From: an uncultured Prevotellaceae bacterium
Lineage (GTDB): Bacteria; Bacteroidota; Bacteroidia; Bacteroidales; Muribaculaceae
Direction: 5' to 3'
Assembly (NCBI GenBank): GCA_905207705.1
Contig: CAJLMA010000001.1
Span: forward strand, 214,588-278,587
Length of the DNA: 64,000 nt
In this document: one piece after another, positions 47,530 through 57,652 of the stretch
How positions within the stretch are numbered: the stretch's first letter is position 1
Layout: each line of letters begins with the position of its first letter
Notes under the pieces: model-generated
Database searches by the model: none
What the model was told of the DNA's origin: nothing
What the model saw: only the letters and a program-made list of their open reading frames with translations
Translations under genes and position numbers: made by a program

Positions 47530-49332
47530 TCAAGCATTGCGGCTGGCACGCTTACGCTCGTTTTCATCAAGGATAATCTTGCGCAATCGCAAGTGATGCG
47601 GCGTAACTTCAACATACTCATCCCCCTTTATGTATTCAAGAGCTTCTTCGAGACTGAATACCACAGGAGGTATTATTCGAGCCTTGTCATCGGCACCCGA
47701 TGCACGCATGTTGGTCAATTTCTTTGACTTGGTAACATTTACTACAATATCGTTTTCCTTTGCATTCTCCCCGACTACTTGGCCGGCATATACCTCCTCT
47801 TGCGGGAAGATGAAGAAACGCCCGCGATCTTGCAATTTGTCGATGGCGTATGCATAAGCCGTACCGCTTTCCATTGCAATAAGCGACCCGTTGGTGCGAC
47901 GTTCTATTTCACCCTTCCACGGTTGATATTCAAGGAAACGATGCGACATTATGGCTTCCCCTGCCGATGCCGGCAGCACATTGGTACGCAATCCTATTAT
48001 GCCTCTCGACGGGATATTGAATTCCATCTGTATGCGGTCGTTTTGAGTCGTCATCGTAACCATTTCACCGCGGCAGCGAGTTACCATGTCTATAATCTTG
48101 CTCGAATATTCCTCGGGCACATTTATCGACAACAACTCAACAGGCTCGCACTTATGCCCATCAATTTCTTTTATGATTACTTGCGGCTGACCCACTTGCA
48201 ATTCATATCCTTCACGACGCATGGTTTCGATAAGCACGGCCAAATGCAGCACTCCGCGTCCATAAACGATCCATGCATCATCGCTTTCGGTTCGTTCCAC
48301 GCGCAAAGCAAGATTCTTGTCAAGCTCGCGGCGAAGACGCTCTGCAATGTGCCTGGAAGTCACATATTTTCCATCTTTCCCGAAGAATGGAGAATCATTT
48401 ATGGTGAATGTCATAGACATTGTGGGCTCGTCTATGGCTATGCGAGGAAGCGATTCAGGGTTGTTGACATCGGCAACGGTGTCCCCTATCTCGAAACCTT
48501 CAAGCCCTACAAGTGCGCAAATATCGCCCGACTTGACCGACTGCACGCGCTTGCGCCCCATACCTTCAAAAACATGCAATTCCTTGATGCGTTGCTTGCT
48601 TATACTTCCGTCTTTCTTGCACAACGCGATGTCCATGTTCTCCTTTATCTCGCCACGATGCACACGACCCACGGCTATACGTCCAACATAAGAAGAATAG
48701 TCGAGCGATGTGATTAGCATCTGTGCATCACCTTCCAGCATTTTAGGTTCAGGTATATACTTTATGATGGCATCAAGCACTGCGTTGATGTTGTCGGTAG
48801 GCTTTCGCCAATCGTCGCTCATCCAATTTTGCTTGGCCGAGCCATATATCGTAGGGAAATCGAGCTGATCTTCGGTTGCATTCAAATTGCACATTAAGTC
48901 AAACACCAATTCTTGCACTTCATCGGGGCGGCAATTGGGCTTATCGACCTTGTTTATAACGACAATAGGCTTCAGACCTATCTCTATGGCCTTCTGCAAC
49001 ACAAAGCGAGTCTGCGGCATCGGACCTTCGAATGCATCCACAAGCAACAAACAACCATCGGCCATGTTCAACACACGTTCAACTTCGCCTCCAAAGTCGG
49101 AGTGTCCCGGAGTGTCGATTATGTTGATTTTGTATCCATTATAATTTATGGACACGTTCTTAGAAAGGATTGTTATCCCTCGCTCTCGCTCAAGATCGTT
49201 GTTGTCGAGTATAAGTTCACCTGTATTTTGATTTTCCCTAAAAAGATTTCCCGCAAGCAACATCTTGTCGACCAATGTCGTTTTGCCATGATCGACATGA
49301 GCGATAATAGCAATATTCCTTATCTTTTGCAT
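47530..49332 (-). CDS. typA: Translational GTPase TypA/BipA
   Basis: The GTPase motifs are AHVDHGKTT (G1), DTPGH (G3) and NKVD (G4), with EF-G-like domains following. The true start is probably the Met at [10 protein letters not shown] (49332). The track's longer ORF adds 29 unsupported residues. Confidence 0.9.
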   Translation of the reverse strand: MQKIRNIAIIAHVDHGKTTLVDKMLLAGNLFRENQNTGELILDNNDLERERGITILSKNVSINYNGYKINIIDTPGHSDFGGEVERVLNMADGCLLLVDAFEGPMPQTRFVLQKAIEIGLKPIVVINKVDKPNCRPDEVQELVFDLMCNLNATEDQLDFPTIYGSAKQNWMSDDWRKPTDNINAVLDAIIKYIPEPKMLEGDAQMLITSLDYSSYVGRIAVGRVHRGEIKENMDIALCKKDGSISKQRIKELHVFEGMGRKRVQSVKSGDICALVGLEGFEIGDTVADVNNPESLPRIAIDEPTMSMTFTINDSPFFGKDGKYVTSRHIAERLRRELDKNLALRVERTESDDAWIVYGRGVLHLAVLIETMRREGYELQVGQPQVIIKEIDGHKCEPVELLSINVPEEYSSKIIDMVTRCRGEMVTMTTQNDRIQMEFNIPSRGIIGLRTNVLPASAGEAIMSHRFLEYQPWKGEIERRTNGSLIAMESGTAYAYAIDKLQDRGRFFIFPQEEVYAGQVVGENAKENDIVVNVTKSKKLTNMRASGADDKARIIPPVVFSLEEALEYIKGDEYVEVTPHHLRLRKIILDENERKRASRNA

Positions 49333-49458
49333 ATAGATTTTGAAATTTCGGGTGCAAAGGTAGTGAAATATTACAAAAAGAACACCATGAAACCAATAAA
49401 AAGAAAAAATAAAAAACAAAAATGTATCCTTCAGGTAATTTATTTGAAAAATATTGCT

Positions 49459-49466
49459 TACCTTTG
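49459..49466 (+). promoter_or_regulatory. Candidate -7 box (TACCTTTG) 40 bp upstream of rpsO
   Basis: TAnnTTTG match. Confidence 0.3.
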
Positions 49467-49505
49467 CAAACCAAATTTTATTAACATCAAAAACTTAACA
49501 GAAAA

Positions 49506-49781
49506 ATGTATTTGGATTCTGAAAAGAAAAAAGAAATCTTTGGCACATACGGAGCCAGCAATACTGATACTGGGTCGCCTGAAGCTCAGATTGCATTATT
49601 CTCAATCCGTATTGCCCATTTGACTGAACACTTGAAGTCAAATCATAAAGATTATACTACTGCTCGTTCATTGAAGAAGCTCGTTGGTAAGCGTCGTCAC
49701 CTTCTCGACTATCTCATGAGAAAAGACATCAACCGCTACCGCGCAATCATCGCCAAGAAAGAACTTGGTATCAGAAAGTAA
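49506..49781 (+). CDS. rpsO: 30S ribosomal protein S15
   Basis: It is 91 aa. The conserved blocks are GSPEAQIALFS..I..LTEHLK..KD and RRHLLDYL. Confidence 0.9.
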   Translation: MYLDSEKKKEIFGTYGASNTDTGSPEAQIALFSIRIAHLTEHLKSNHKDYTTARSLKKLVGKRRHLLDYLMRKDINRYRAIIAKKELGIRK

Positions 49782-49805
49782 CAAACGAACGACAAAGAAC
49801 TAAAC

Positions 49806-49842
49806 AAAAAGTGAGGCAAATTCTGCCTCACTTTTTGTTTTT
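49806..49842 (+). terminator. Rho-independent terminator of rpsO
   Basis: The stem GTGAGGCA pairs with TGCCTCAC across a 5-nt loop and is followed by TTTTTGTTTTT. Confidence 0.6.
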
Positions 49843-49955
49843 ATACCTCTTCCTGTTTCAAGGCACAATAGCGCACTCCGTCAATTTAACATGCACGCCC
49901 TTTTACACTTGAAAAATTTCTTATACCTTTAGCACCAAAATAAAAAATTAAGTGT

Positions 49956-52154
49956 ATGAAAAACCTCACATTGCTTGCCATTGCAATTTCAATAGCATTA
50001 TGCTTGCAAGCTCAAAGCAAATTATCGCCAATGGCACGACACTGCCTTGAAACGTATGGCATCAACGAATCAACAAGCCAAAACATAAATTTAATCAACG
50101 CGAACCAAACTATAAACACACTGGAACTGACATCAACAGGTAATCAATATGACAAACTCTCGGCAAAATGTATATTGACCGTCAACGACATCTCCATGAT
50201 TGACTCCCTGTCTTCTCTCGGGATAAAAATATGTGCAAACATTGGAGAAATAGTCACAGCCGAAATTCCATTAAACATGATAGACAATGTGGCACAGTTT
50301 GATTTTATCGACCGAATAGACATTTCCCGACAAATAAAATTGTATAATAACATTGCCCGACAAATGACAAATGTCGATGCCGTACATTTAGGAACAGGGC
50401 TCAAGCAATCCTATACCGGCAACGGCGTACTCCTTGGAATCGTCGACTCTGGCATACAATATGACCACATCAATTTCAAAGATGACGAAGGACAGTCGCG
50501 CATAGTTGAAGCAATGTGCAACGGTATCACATACTCTACTCCGGAAGAAATCGCAATGCTTGAAACCGATTCGCGCTCATTGGCCCATGGCACACATACT
50601 GCAGGAATCGCAGGCGGCAGCTACAGCCTGAACGGCTTGCAGGGAATGGCACCTGATGCCGACCTTTACCTGTGTGGTATGGCAAGCCTGTATGAAAGCG
50701 ACATAATCGAAGGCGTCGAAAAAATATTTGATTATGCTGAAGCCCATGACATGCCTGCCGTGGTGAACTTGAGCTTAGGATCCGACCTTGGCCCGCACGA
50801 CGGCTCATCAGCTATTTGCCGAGCCTATGAACAACTCTCGGGCGAAGGCCGAATAATAGTACTGGCTGCCGGCAACAGCGGAGACCTTGATTTTCACGCC
50901 CATGGGACATTGCAAGAAGAATCGAGCGGCGAGCCTCAACTGAAAACAATTATTGAATCGACTTATGGCTCCTCATACTCCGACTACATAGGCATATACA
51001 ATCAAAACAACAACCCTCTTAAATTGCGCATTTCAGTAATTGACAATCACAACAACACCCTTGCCCGTTCCGAACTTATTGACTTTGGTTCGGAATTTGA
51101 TACTTATGCTCAATGGACCCTCAGTGAAAGTGAAAATGCAAGTGAATTTTCAAGGTATTTTTCATTTGGAGGATTCAGTGGAGGAGACTTATATGTATAT
51201 CCTGACCTAAGCAACAATAAATACAGCCTCACAATAGCTGCACAAATATCTTCGACATCCATTTTCTCGACCTACCGCATAGGAGTGGAACTATATGGAG
51301 TCCAAGGCGACGAAGTACACATGTGGACCAACGGTTACTCGTATTTTACCAATGGCGGTGACAGACAATTCATAGACGGGGACACCGAAATCGCCATGAG
51401 CGATGACTGCACGGGCAACGGCACAATTTCGGCCGGTGCATATGCTTCGAATGGCGGCCCGTTCCGATACCTCAACGGCACTGCTACATCTTTGCAGAAT
51501 TTCAACAGAGGCGACATTGCCTATTTTTCAGGTTCAGGAATCGACCTCAACGGCATCAGCCGACCCGATGTCACTGCTCCTGGATACATGGTCGTTTCGT
51601 CAATGAACTCCTATTACAGCACAAGCAGCAGCGAAATGACAAGCCAAGTGAGAGACGGAGGAAGCACCTACTACTGGGGGCCAATGGCTGGCACGTCGAT
51701 GGCTGCTCCTGTCGTGAGCGGAATAATAGCATTGTGGCTTGAAGCCAATCCAAACCTCGACTGCGAAAGAATTAAAAAAATCCTTTACGACACAAGCATA
51801 CGCGATGAATATGTGGAAAATAACCCTGTAAAATTCGGAGCCGGCAGGATAGACGCTTTTGCCGGACTTGTAAGCATCTTGTCGGGCGGTGTTGGAGACA
51901 TCTCCATCGACCAAAATCGCGTGTTGGTATCCCCCAACCCGAATAATGGGACATTCAAAGTGTTTGCACAAGGAGAGGAACAAATTCTACTCACAATTAC
52001 CGACACAAGCGGAACCATCATTTACAACTCATATTTCTCCTGTGACAATGACGCTATTGATGTGGACTTACAAGGCGACATAACTCCTGGAATTTACATA
52101 GTGAACATAAAAGGTGAAAAGCTCAACAGCAGCACGAAGATGATTATTAAATAA
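49956..52154 (+). CDS. Subtilisin-like (S8) serine protease with a T9SS C-terminal sorting domain
   Basis: There is a signal peptide. The catalytic triad blocks are VDSGI (Asp), HGTHTAG (His) and GTSMAAPVVSG (Ser). The last roughly 80 aa (..VLVSPNPNNGTFKVFAQGEE...GIYIVNIKGEKLNSSTKMIIK) match the T9SS type-A CTD beta-sandwich pattern. Confidence 0.85.
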   Translation: MKNLTLLAIAISIALCLQAQSKLSPMARHCLETYGINESTSQNINLINANQTINTLELTSTGNQYDKLSAKCILTVNDISMIDSLSSLGIKICANIGEIVTAEIPLNMIDNVAQFDFIDRIDISRQIKLYNNIARQMTNVDAVHLGTGLKQSYTGNGVLLGIVDSGIQYDHINFKDDEGQSRIVEAMCNGITYSTPEEIAMLETDSRSLAHGTHTAGIAGGSYSLNGLQGMAPDADLYLCGMASLYESDIIEGVEKIFDYAEAHDMPAVVNLSLGSDLGPHDGSSAICRAYEQLSGEGRIIVLAAGNSGDLDFHAHGTLQEESSGEPQLKTIIESTYGSSYSDYIGIYNQNNNPLKLRISVIDNHNNTLARSELIDFGSEFDTYAQWTLSESENASEFSRYFSFGGFSGGDLYVYPDLSNNKYSLTIAAQISSTSIFSTYRIGVELYGVQGDEVHMWTNGYSYFTNGGDRQFIDGDTEIAMSDDCTGNGTISAGAYASNGGPFRYLNGTATSLQNFNRGDIAYFSGSGIDLNGISRPDVTAPGYMVVSSMNSYYSTSSSEMTSQVRDGGSTYYWGPMAGTSMAAPVVSGIIALWLEANPNLDCERIKKILYDTSIRDEYVENNPVKFGAGRIDAFAGLVSILSGGVGDISIDQNRVLVSPNPNNGTFKVFAQGEEQILLTITDTSGTIIYNSYFSCDNDAIDVDLQGDITPGIYIVNIKGEKLNSSTKMIIK

Positions 52155-52676
52155 TCTCATTTTTAGGGGGGGAATCAAAATATATTTTGGCTCACCCTCT
52201 CCATTTGAATCATAAGAACCACATTTTTTCATAGTGAAGGATTATCACAAAAAATCAATCTGACTTTATTCTTTTTAATACAATTAATAATGGATTCCAT
52301 TGATATTGTATTATCAAAGCTGAAATCCACAATAGCGCATCTTTTACATTTTCCACATCTTCAAGCAACTTTCGTGATTTTGCATATTGCTTGATTTCCA
52401 ACTTCAAAGATTCATCTTCTTCATCAATATAGCCCATGTCTTCTAATGTAAGTAAATTTTTCGCGAAAATAAAATCAGATTCTGTCGTCAAATCTTATTG
52501 TCGCACACAAAATAAAGGACATGTCATGCCAAAGTGCGACACATGTAGCAAATAAATGGATAGTTCATCCCGATGAAGCGACATCAGATGGAATAGGGTT
52601 ATTTTTTCTGCCATTTGATATACTATTGTTACAATAATTAATTTACTTTGTAAATTAAAATGAAATAATCAAAATC

Positions 52677-54782
52677 ATGGCAAAGAAACAAAAAACTCCA
52701 CCTTACTTGGAACGAGATATCAGTTGGATGTTTTTCAACCGCAGGATATTGCAGGAAGCTACACGAAAGCATGTGCCTCTGCTTGAACGTCTTTCATTCC
52801 TTGGTATTTACTCCAACAACCTTGATGAATTTTTCCGCGTCAGGGTCGCCACACAAAGCCGCATTGCCGAGTGCAATACCAAATCGGCAGCAAAAGACAG
52901 TGAACGCGCTACCAAAATTATCAAGCAAATAAACAAGCTGAACTCTAAATACAGCCACGACTATGAGGAATCGACAAGAATAGTGACCCAAGACTTGCGT
53001 AACGAAAACATTTTCCTTGTCAATGATTCTGAAATATCCGACGAACAACTGGCATTCATTCGCCAGTACTATCGTGACAACCTTAACGGATTCATAACCC
53101 CGGTATGGCTATCAGCGATAAAGATGCTCGACAATGAGTCGGACGAAAATATTTACATGGCCGTCAAGTTGAAAACCAACAATAAGGAGCATCAAGTCAC
53201 AGGATACGCATTCCTTGAACTTCCGGTCAATGTGACAGGACGATTCGTAACACTTCCTGAATGCAACGGCAAGAAATATGTCATGTACCTCGACGATGTA
53301 GTGAGGTGCTGCTTGCCAATAGTGTTTGAAGGTCTTGGCGTCACCGACTTTGAAGCATACTCATTCAAATTTACCCGTGATGCCGAAATGGAGATTGACA
53401 ACGACTTGAGAACCGGAACTTTGCAAAAAATATCCAAAGGCGTGAAAAGCCGTAAGCGTGGACAACCGTTGCGCGTTTTATATGACTCAAACATGCCTAA
53501 GGACTTGCTAAACCGAATAATCAAAAAGCTGAACCTCGACTCGCTCGACACTATTCTCGGCAGCGGACGATATCATAACCACAAGGATTTCATGAAATTT
53601 CCCGACTTCGGAAGAAAAGACTTGAAATACCCCAAGTGGTATCCAATACTGAAAAAAGAGCTTGACGGCCCTGAAAGCCTACTAAAGAAGATTCAAGAAA
53701 AAGACCGCTTTATCCATGTACCCTACCACAGTTTCGACTCATTCATAAGAGTACTTCAAGAAGCGGCCATGAGCAAAAACGTAAAAAGCATCAAAATAAC
53801 GCTTTACCGTCTTGCAAAAGAATCAAAAGTAGTAAAAGCTCTCATCGGCGCAGCCCGAAACGGCAAAAAAGTCACAGTGTCGATAGAATTGCTTGCACGC
53901 TTTGACGAAGCATCCAACATAAGCTGGTCAAAGACTATGCAAGATGCCGGCATAAAAGTGATATTCGGAGTGGAGGGATTAAAAGTTCATTCCAAAATAA
54001 CTCACATAGGAATGGTTTCCGGGCCCGACATTGCATGCATCAGCACAGGTAATTTCCACGAAGGAAACGCACGCAGCTATACCGATTGCATGCTCATGAC
54101 ATCGGCAAGACGCATAGTAAAAGACGTAGATGCCGTATTCAACTTCATCGAGCGACCTTACAGCCCGGTACAATTTAAAGAATTGCTTGTTTCGCCCAAT
54201 AGTATGCGCAACCGCTTCAATTCCATAATCAACGACATGATTAAGAAGAGCCAAGCCGGAATAAAGACAAGCATAAAAATAAAAATCAACCATATTACCG
54301 ACCGAATGATGGTGCAGAAACTATATGAAGCATCATGCGCCGGAATAAAAATCGACTTGCTCGTGCGTGGCAACTGCTCTCTTGTACCGGGAGTGCCGGG
54401 GGTGAGCGAAAATATTTCCATAACAGGCATCATCGACCGCTTCCTCGAACACTCACGAATCTTCATTTTCACTGCCGGCGACGAGGATCGTATATTCATG
54501 GGGTCGGCCGACTGGATGACCCGCAACCTCGACAACCGTGTGGAGGTAATCACGCCAATCTATGACCCCGACGTGAAAAAGGAACTAAAACGCATCGTGG
54601 AATATGGCTTGCGCGACAACATGCAAGGCCGCATAGTGGATGGTAAGGGCACCAATGAATTCCCACTGATCGAAGATGGCCAAACATTCCGCTCTCAAGA
54701 AGAATTATACAAAGAATATTACGAAGAAAACGAGCATTTCACCGACTTGCCTGCCGCACCCGGCTCCATTGCCAACGATTAA
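52677..54782 (+). CDS. ppk1: Polyphosphate kinase 1
   Basis: The N-terminal block is RDISWMFFNRRIL..PLLERL.FLGI..NNLDEFF. The catalytic His lies in LKVHSKITHIGM. There are two PLD-like C-terminal domains. It is 701 aa. Confidence 0.9.
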   Translation: MAKKQKTPPYLERDISWMFFNRRILQEATRKHVPLLERLSFLGIYSNNLDEFFRVRVATQSRIAECNTKSAAKDSERATKIIKQINKLNSKYSHDYEESTRIVTQDLRNENIFLVNDSEISDEQLAFIRQYYRDNLNGFITPVWLSAIKMLDNESDENIYMAVKLKTNNKEHQVTGYAFLELPVNVTGRFVTLPECNGKKYVMYLDDVVRCCLPIVFEGLGVTDFEAYSFKFTRDAEMEIDNDLRTGTLQKISKGVKSRKRGQPLRVLYDSNMPKDLLNRIIKKLNLDSLDTILGSGRYHNHKDFMKFPDFGRKDLKYPKWYPILKKELDGPESLLKKIQEKDRFIHVPYHSFDSFIRVLQEAAMSKNVKSIKITLYRLAKESKVVKALIGAARNGKKVTVSIELLARFDEASNISWSKTMQDAGIKVIFGVEGLKVHSKITHIGMVSGPDIACISTGNFHEGNARSYTDCMLMTSARRIVKDVDAVFNFIERPYSPVQFKELLVSPNSMRNRFNSIINDMIKKSQAGIKTSIKIKINHITDRMMVQKLYEASCAGIKIDLLVRGNCSLVPGVPGVSENISITGIIDRFLEHSRIFIFTAGDEDRIFMGSADWMTRNLDNRVEVITPIYDPDVKKELKRIVEYGLRDNMQGRIVDGKGTNEFPLIEDGQTFRSQEELYKEYYEENEHFTDLPAAPGSIAND

Positions 54783-54859
54783 TATATGGATGCAGGCCGA
54801 GCCACTTTGACTGCAAACAAGATTTATTCAATATTAAATATAAAACACATCATAAATTC

Positions 54860-55786
54860 ATGGCTTCAGAAAATAAGAAAAAGAAAAACGCCAACTATGC
54901 GGCAATCGACATTGGCTCAAATGCCGCACGTCTGCTCGTGAAGCACTTGGACAAAGACGACAATGGCAACCCTAATTTCACAAAGGACATCTTATTGCGT
55001 GTCCCGCTAAGATTGGGATTTGACGTATTCAAATTGGGCCGAATCTCCGAAAAGAAGGAGAAAAACATGATACGGCTCATGAAAGTTTACAACAATCTCA
55101 TGAAAATTTATGAAGTCGACAAATACAGGGCTTGTGCCACTTCGGCCATGCGCGACGCAAAGAACGGTGCCGATATCATAAAGAAAATAAAAAAGGAAAC
55201 CGGCCTTGAGATTGAAATCATCGACGGGCAGGAAGAGGCTCAAATGGTATACAACAACCACATCGAGTGCATGGAAGACCGAAATGGCAATTATATGTAT
55301 GTCGACGTGGGTGGTGGAAGCACAGAAATCAACTTGCTCTCGCAAGGACAACTCGTGTGCAGCCGTTCATACAACATAGGTACCGTGAGAATTCTTAATG
55401 GAGCCGCTACCGAGGCCGAATGGCAGCGTCTGCGCAACGACATGGCGCAAATTGCCAACGATTACAAGGATACCAACATCATAGGCTCGGGCGGAAACAT
55501 AAATAAGCTATACCGAATGCTCGATGACAGTCAGAAAGACAAGAAACAGATGCGGATGCCAATCGACGAATTAGGTAAGTTGCATGAAAGCCTGAAAGCA
55601 TTATCGGTGGAAGAACGAATGGAGAAATTCAAGTTAAAACCCGACCGTGCCGACGTTATTGTTCCTGCCGGTGACATTTTCCTCACCATTGCATCAATAA
55701 TAAACGCCAAATACATATATGTGCCGGTAATTGGATTGGCCGATGGCATCATCGACAGCCTTTATGCCAAGGATATCGCAAAATAA
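54860..55786 (+). CDS. ppx: Exopolyphosphatase / guanosine pentaphosphate phosphohydrolase (Ppx/GppA family)
   Basis: It has an ASKHA fold. The phosphate-1 motif is AAIDIGSNAARLLV, and VDVGGGSTEI follows. It lies 77 bp downstream of ppk1. Confidence 0.85.
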   Translation: MASENKKKKNANYAAIDIGSNAARLLVKHLDKDDNGNPNFTKDILLRVPLRLGFDVFKLGRISEKKEKNMIRLMKVYNNLMKIYEVDKYRACATSAMRDAKNGADIIKKIKKETGLEIEIIDGQEEAQMVYNNHIECMEDRNGNYMYVDVGGGSTEINLLSQGQLVCSRSYNIGTVRILNGAATEAEWQRLRNDMAQIANDYKDTNIIGSGGNINKLYRMLDDSQKDKKQMRMPIDELGKLHESLKALSVEERMEKFKLKPDRADVIVPAGDIFLTIASIINAKYIYVPVIGLADGIIDSLYAKDIAK

Positions 55787-55798
55787 AAATTCTGCATG

Positions 55799-56791
55799 TT
55801 AAAATATGTAGCATATGTTCAATGCTGCTCGTGTAATGCTGAACTTGTTCTTTGAATGAGATTTTGATGCCGCGCTCGCATAATCCGATGCCGCGGCATC
55901 TTTCTTTTCGTAATCGACATGTGCATATCCCATGCCCAACTCGGTTTCGAGCGCAAAATGCTTACCAAAATTGAACCTGTGACCATATACTATGCCTGCC
56001 GAATAAAGATTGCCATCATACCTGAAACGTTCAAGGTTACCTCCAAGAGGCTTCAACTCTCCTATATCATAATCGGCATAACCTATATATGCTCCTATAT
56101 AATCACGTCCCTTCTCGTTGCCATTAATCCAATACTTAAGAGTTGCTGCCAATGCCGAGTGTTGCAAGCTGCCAAACCCCGGGATCCAATAATTCCCACT
56201 GTAAGCTAATTCGGCTGACAACCATTTACCGGCAGTCATCTCAAAAGCCAAATTGGCCGATGCAGTTGCCAGCAAGAGCGCATTTGTTTTTATGACATAC
56301 CAATTATGGCGCCGTTGTGGCTCTTGCCCACCGTCTGGCACAGTCATAGCCGGCCTTATATCAGCAATATTGACAGAACCAATGCCATGGCTCAATGGCA
56401 GCATCTTCCCAGGCTCCGGAACCTCCCGTTTTACAATCCTATCCTTTTCTCTCAATGCTTCAGCAGCTGCCTTGCGGCGTTCTTCTTCAATCGCGGCAAT
56501 CCTTCTCTTGCGTTCTTCCACTTTCCTTTTATCCAAAAATACATAGAAACCTTTACCCGACTTCTTATAACTGAATTCCGTACCTGCAAGCAACGCACCG
56601 AGCCGCTGTTCTATATTACCTACATATGGAATCTTGTCAACCAAGACTCTGCCTGTTAACGTAGGGCTGTAAGAAATCATTACCCCAAACTCCGTGGAAT
56701 ATTTTTCTATAACTGCCGACAGCTTCGTTCCGGCAAAGATTCCGGACTGCACACTCACCATTAACAAGATGGCACACAACAATTTTCTCAT
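55799..56791 (-). CDS. Outer-membrane protein: N-terminal STN (secretin/TonB N-terminal) domain, charged coiled-coil linker and a small C-terminal beta-barrel (DUF3575-like)
   Basis: There is a signal peptide. The STN-like block is AVIEKYSTEFGVMISYS...RLGALLAGTEFSYKKSGKGFYVF. The linker is EERKRRIAAIEEERRKAAAEALREKDR. The C-terminal roughly 190 aa have an alternating pattern and end in an aromatic residue (..NICYIF). The start overlaps the FecR gene by 4 bp. Confidence 0.6.
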   Translation of the reverse strand: MRKLLCAILLMVSVQSGIFAGTKLSAVIEKYSTEFGVMISYSPTLTGRVLVDKIPYVGNIEQRLGALLAGTEFSYKKSGKGFYVFLDKRKVEERKRRIAAIEEERRKAAAEALREKDRIVKREVPEPGKMLPLSHGIGSVNIADIRPAMTVPDGGQEPQRRHNWYVIKTNALLLATASANLAFEMTAGKWLSAELAYSGNYWIPGFGSLQHSALAATLKYWINGNEKGRDYIGAYIGYADYDIGELKPLGGNLERFRYDGNLYSAGIVYGHRFNFGKHFALETELGMGYAHVDYEKKDAAASDYASAASKSHSKNKFSITRAALNICYIF

Positions 56792-57633
56792 CTTATTCTG
56801 CTTATGGTAATTTCATCGCCCGACATTTTATATTCAAATCCACATGACCCGAAAACCATGTCAAGCGACAAATTCATGTCATCGGGATAAACAACTCCTG
56901 TATATTTCTCGTCCCGGCAAGAATGTTTGTTGATAACAGTAATGCCAAATACCCTTTCCATATCGTCTACTACGTCCATCAACGATGCCGCATTATAATA
57001 GATGGGGCGTATTTCTTCCTCGACGATGGACTTCTCCTCAATCTTAAGTTCCGGCTTTTTCACCTCAACGCGTGTCATTACGGCCTCCTCTCCTTCGGTC
57101 AGAACGAGCGACATCTCTTCGTTCGATGCCGGAATAAGTTCGACTTTGCCACTATGGCACTTGACCATCATGGAATCTGGGAAAACTGAGACATCGAACG
57201 TAGTTCCCAATACCGAAACATCACCTACATCGGTAGTGACAACAAATCCGTCGCCTTTAGTCACGGCAAATCGTGCCGCACCGTTTTCAAGTTCTATTTT
57301 ACGACCCATTACATGCCATAAATAATGGCGATAATTGAGCGTGCTACCTTTCTTAAGCAATACAACCGATCCGCACGGCAACACCAGCCTGTCTCCGTCT
57401 AAACCACCCGCAACCGTGACTTCTCTTGCAACATACATCATGCACGCCACTACAACCGCAGCAGCACAACACGCGCAAACACGCATTATACGCCTTCTCC
57501 GAACAGCGACGGCCAGCTCCTTCATGCGGCTTTTGGCTCGCTCCCGGACTATGATTTCACCAAGTTCCTCTTTCCGTAAAAATATCTCGTTCTTCAACGG
57601 GAACTTACTCTTGTCAAATTCAATGTCACCCAT
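56788..57633 (-). CDS. FecR-family anti-sigma factor
   Basis: There is a single TM helix (AAAVVVACMMYV) and a periplasmic FecR-like domain. It lies 19 bp downstream of the ECF sigma gene. Confidence 0.75.
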   Translation of the reverse strand: MGDIEFDKSKFPLKNEIFLRKEELGEIIVRERAKSRMKELAVAVRRRRIMRVCACCAAAVVVACMMYVAREVTVAGGLDGDRLVLPCGSVVLLKKGSTLNYRHYLWHVMGRKIELENGAARFAVTKGDGFVVTTDVGDVSVLGTTFDVSVFPDSMMVKCHSGKVELIPASNEEMSLVLTEGEEAVMTRVEVKKPELKIEEKSIVEEEIRPIYYNAASLMDVVDDMERVFGITVINKHSCRDEKYTGVVYPDDMNLSLDMVFGSCGFEYKMSGDEITISRIR

Positions 57634-57652
57634 AAAAAGCTACTCGATACTT

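Noticed and set aside
49333-49419. 29-codon N-terminal extension of the typA ORF in the track
   Set aside because: It is hydrophobic nonsense (MFFIFSFYWFHG...). Conserved TypA begins at [10 protein letters not shown].
47779-49623. Plus-strand ORFs of 312 and 236 codons
   Set aside because: They are antisense to typA, whose GTPase motifs are unambiguous. They look like typical shadow ORFs.
52255-52491. 78-codon minus-strand ORF
   Set aside because: It has a TTG start, lies in an AT-rich region and has a low-complexity acidic product. It is kept only as a note in the findings.
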